DNA of 38,747 bases from NCBI GenBank assembly GCA_002189035.1, contig NEEC01000167.1:1-38747 (forward strand), read 5' to 3'. The notes beneath the pieces were generated by a model. That model was not told the origin of the DNA. It worked only from the letters and a program-made list of their open reading frames with translations, and did no database searches. Source of the DNA: Utricularia gibba. Its lineage: Eukaryota > Plantae > Magnoliophyta. The position numbers and the translations under genes are program-made. This document shows positions 37,101 through 38,747 of this stretch, one piece after another (the stretch's first letter is position 1; every line of letters begins with the position of its first letter).

Positions 37101-38747
37101 TCATGAGCCATAAAGAATCGACCAAGTTCCTAGCGAGACTGGCCGCCACAAAACGAGAAGCTGTTCCTTGAAAAACCATGTAGGCAACACCGAAAACCGA
37201 ACGTTAATAAATACATCACTTTCTTTGCCGGGCTACAACTTACTTTGGGCAAGCCTAAGCTGACCTTTTTCCGGTTCCAAGTGCACCCAAGACCGCCTCC
37301 TCATGTATAAAGTAAGTTGTTAAAAAATCATGTGGGGTGCACGTGACATCGTAATTTAAACAAATGGATTTGCATCCAGTTGACCTCATGAGCCATACAG
37401 AATCGGGGTCAAGGACCAAGTTCCCAGCGAGACTGGCCGCCACAAAACGAGAAGCGGTTCCTTGAAAAACCATGTAGGCAGCCCCGAAAACCGAACGATA
37501 ATAAAACATCACTTTATTTACTACAACTAACTCTTGCAAGCCAAACCTTACCTTTGTCCGTTCCAGGTGCACCCAAGACCGCCTCTCAAGTATAAAGTAA
37601 GTTGTTGAAAAAATCATGTGGGGTGCACGTGATATCGCAATTTAAACAAATGCAACATTGTATTCATCGATTTGCATCCTTTTGTCCTCATGAGCCATAA
37701 AGAATCGCGGCCCGGACCAAGTTCCTAGCGAGACTGGCCGCCACAAAACGAGAAGCTGTTCCTTGAAAAACCATGTAGGCAACACCGAAAACGAACGTTA
37801 ATAAAACATCACTTTCTTTGCCGGGCTACAACTTACTTTGGGCCAAGGCCTAAGCTGACTTTCCGGTTCAAGTGCACCCAAAGACCGCCTTCTCATGTAT
37901 AAAGTAAGTTTTAAAAAATCATGTGGGTGCACGTGACATCATAATTTAAACAAATGATCATTTTTTTTAATCGATTTGCATCCAGTTGACCTCATGAGCC
38001 ATACAGAATCGGGGTCAAGGACCAAGTTCCCAGCGAGACTGGCCGCCACAAAACGAGAAGCGGTTCCTTGAAAAACCATGTAGGCAGCCCCCGAAACCGA
38101 ACGATAATAAATACATCACTTTATTTCCGACTACAACTAACTCTCGGTGCAAGCCAAACCTTACCTTTGTCCCGTTCCAGGTGCACCCAAAGACCGCCTG
38201 CTCAAGTATAAAGTAAGTTGTTGAAAAAATCATGTGGGGTGCACGTGATATCGCAATTTAAACAAATGCAACATTGTATTCATCGATTTGCATCCTTTTG
38301 TCCTCATGAGCCATAAAGAATCGCGGGCCCGGACCAAGTTCCTAGCGAGACTGGCCGCCACAAAACGAGAAGCTGTTCCTTGAAAATGTAGGCAACACCG
38401 CCGAACGTTAATAAATACATCACTTTCTTTGCCGGGCTACAACTTACTTTGGGCCAAGGCCTAAGCTGATCTTTTTCCGGTTCCAAGTGCACCCAAAGAC
38501 CGCCTTCTCAAGTATAAAGTAAGTTGTTGAAAAAATCATGTGGGGTGCACGTGACATCATAATTTAAACAAATGGATCATTTTTTTTAATCGATTTGCAT
38601 CCAGTTGACCTCATGAGCCATACAGAATCGGGGTCAAGGACCAAGTTCCCAGCGAGACTGGCCGCCACAAAACGAGAAGCGGTTCCTTGAAAAACCATGT
38701 AGGCAGCCCCCGAAAACCGAACGATAATAAATACATCACTTTTTGCC

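Larger units (their letters stand above)
1..38747. repeat. Satellite DNA array: head-to-tail ~630-bp A+B higher-order repeat (about 62-64 dimers, ~125 monomers), extending beyond both window edges
   Basis: The landmark CATGTGGGGTGCACGTGA recurs every ~310-316 bp (67, 376, 688, ... 38533), alternately followed by CATC(A/G)TA (type A) or TATCGCA (type B). All copies are in the same orientation. The window starts inside a B tail and ends inside an A monomer, with no unique sequence longer than ~30 bp. GC is about 45% by hand count on one monomer. Confidence 0.99.

Noticed and set aside
785-38492. About 75 short ORFs (60-127 aa) in the ORF track, e.g. recurring ...KVMYLLSFGFRG... and MVFQGTASRFVAASLARNLVRARDSLWLMRTKG...
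   Set aside because: They are translations of the same repeat unit in shifting frames. Their starts, ends and frames change with homopolymer indels from copy to copy, and none shows a recognisable domain or a conserved reading frame. They are not called as CDS.
100-38600. Copy-to-copy variation in homopolymer lengths (T7-T9, A5-A8, C4-C6, G3-G5)
   Set aside because: This is indistinguishable from long-read homopolymer error and was not treated as biological variation.
1-38747. CRISPR array
   Set aside because: There is no short repeat with unique spacers. The sequence between landmarks is itself repeated near-identically, and no cas genes are present.
1-38747. rDNA, 5S, spliced-leader, snRNA or histone tandem gene arrays, telomeric repeats, or transposon termini
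   Set aside because: I recognise no conserved sequence of any of these, no TTAGGG-type repeats, no terminal inverted repeats or target-site duplications, and no strand inversion within the window.

Overview
The whole 38,747-bp window is one uninterrupted head-to-tail satellite (tandem-repeat) array that runs off both ends. I find no credible gene, RNA gene, CRISPR array or transposon. The unit is hierarchical. A ~158-bp ancestral subunit is doubled into a ~315-bp monomer, and two monomer types, A (316 bp) and B (314 bp, roughly 85-88% identical by hand alignment), alternate to give a 630-bp higher-order repeat. The cleanest copy is 21348-21977, with subunits of 159/157/158/156 bp, and the window holds about 62-64 dimers. 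The B-to-A junction occurs as two multi-site linked haplotypes, here called T1 and T2. They show a local T1-T2-T2 period of ~1.87 kb at ~6.5-14.4 kb and a T2-only block at ~15-19.6 kb. About a dozen scrambled or collapsed patches, homopolymer jitter and one insertion-rich patch point to an imperfectly polished long-read consensus, so single-copy oddities may be artefacts. All listed ORFs are repeat-derived, recur with the repeat period and are judged non-coding. The organism and function (for example centromeric) cannot be established from the sequence alone.
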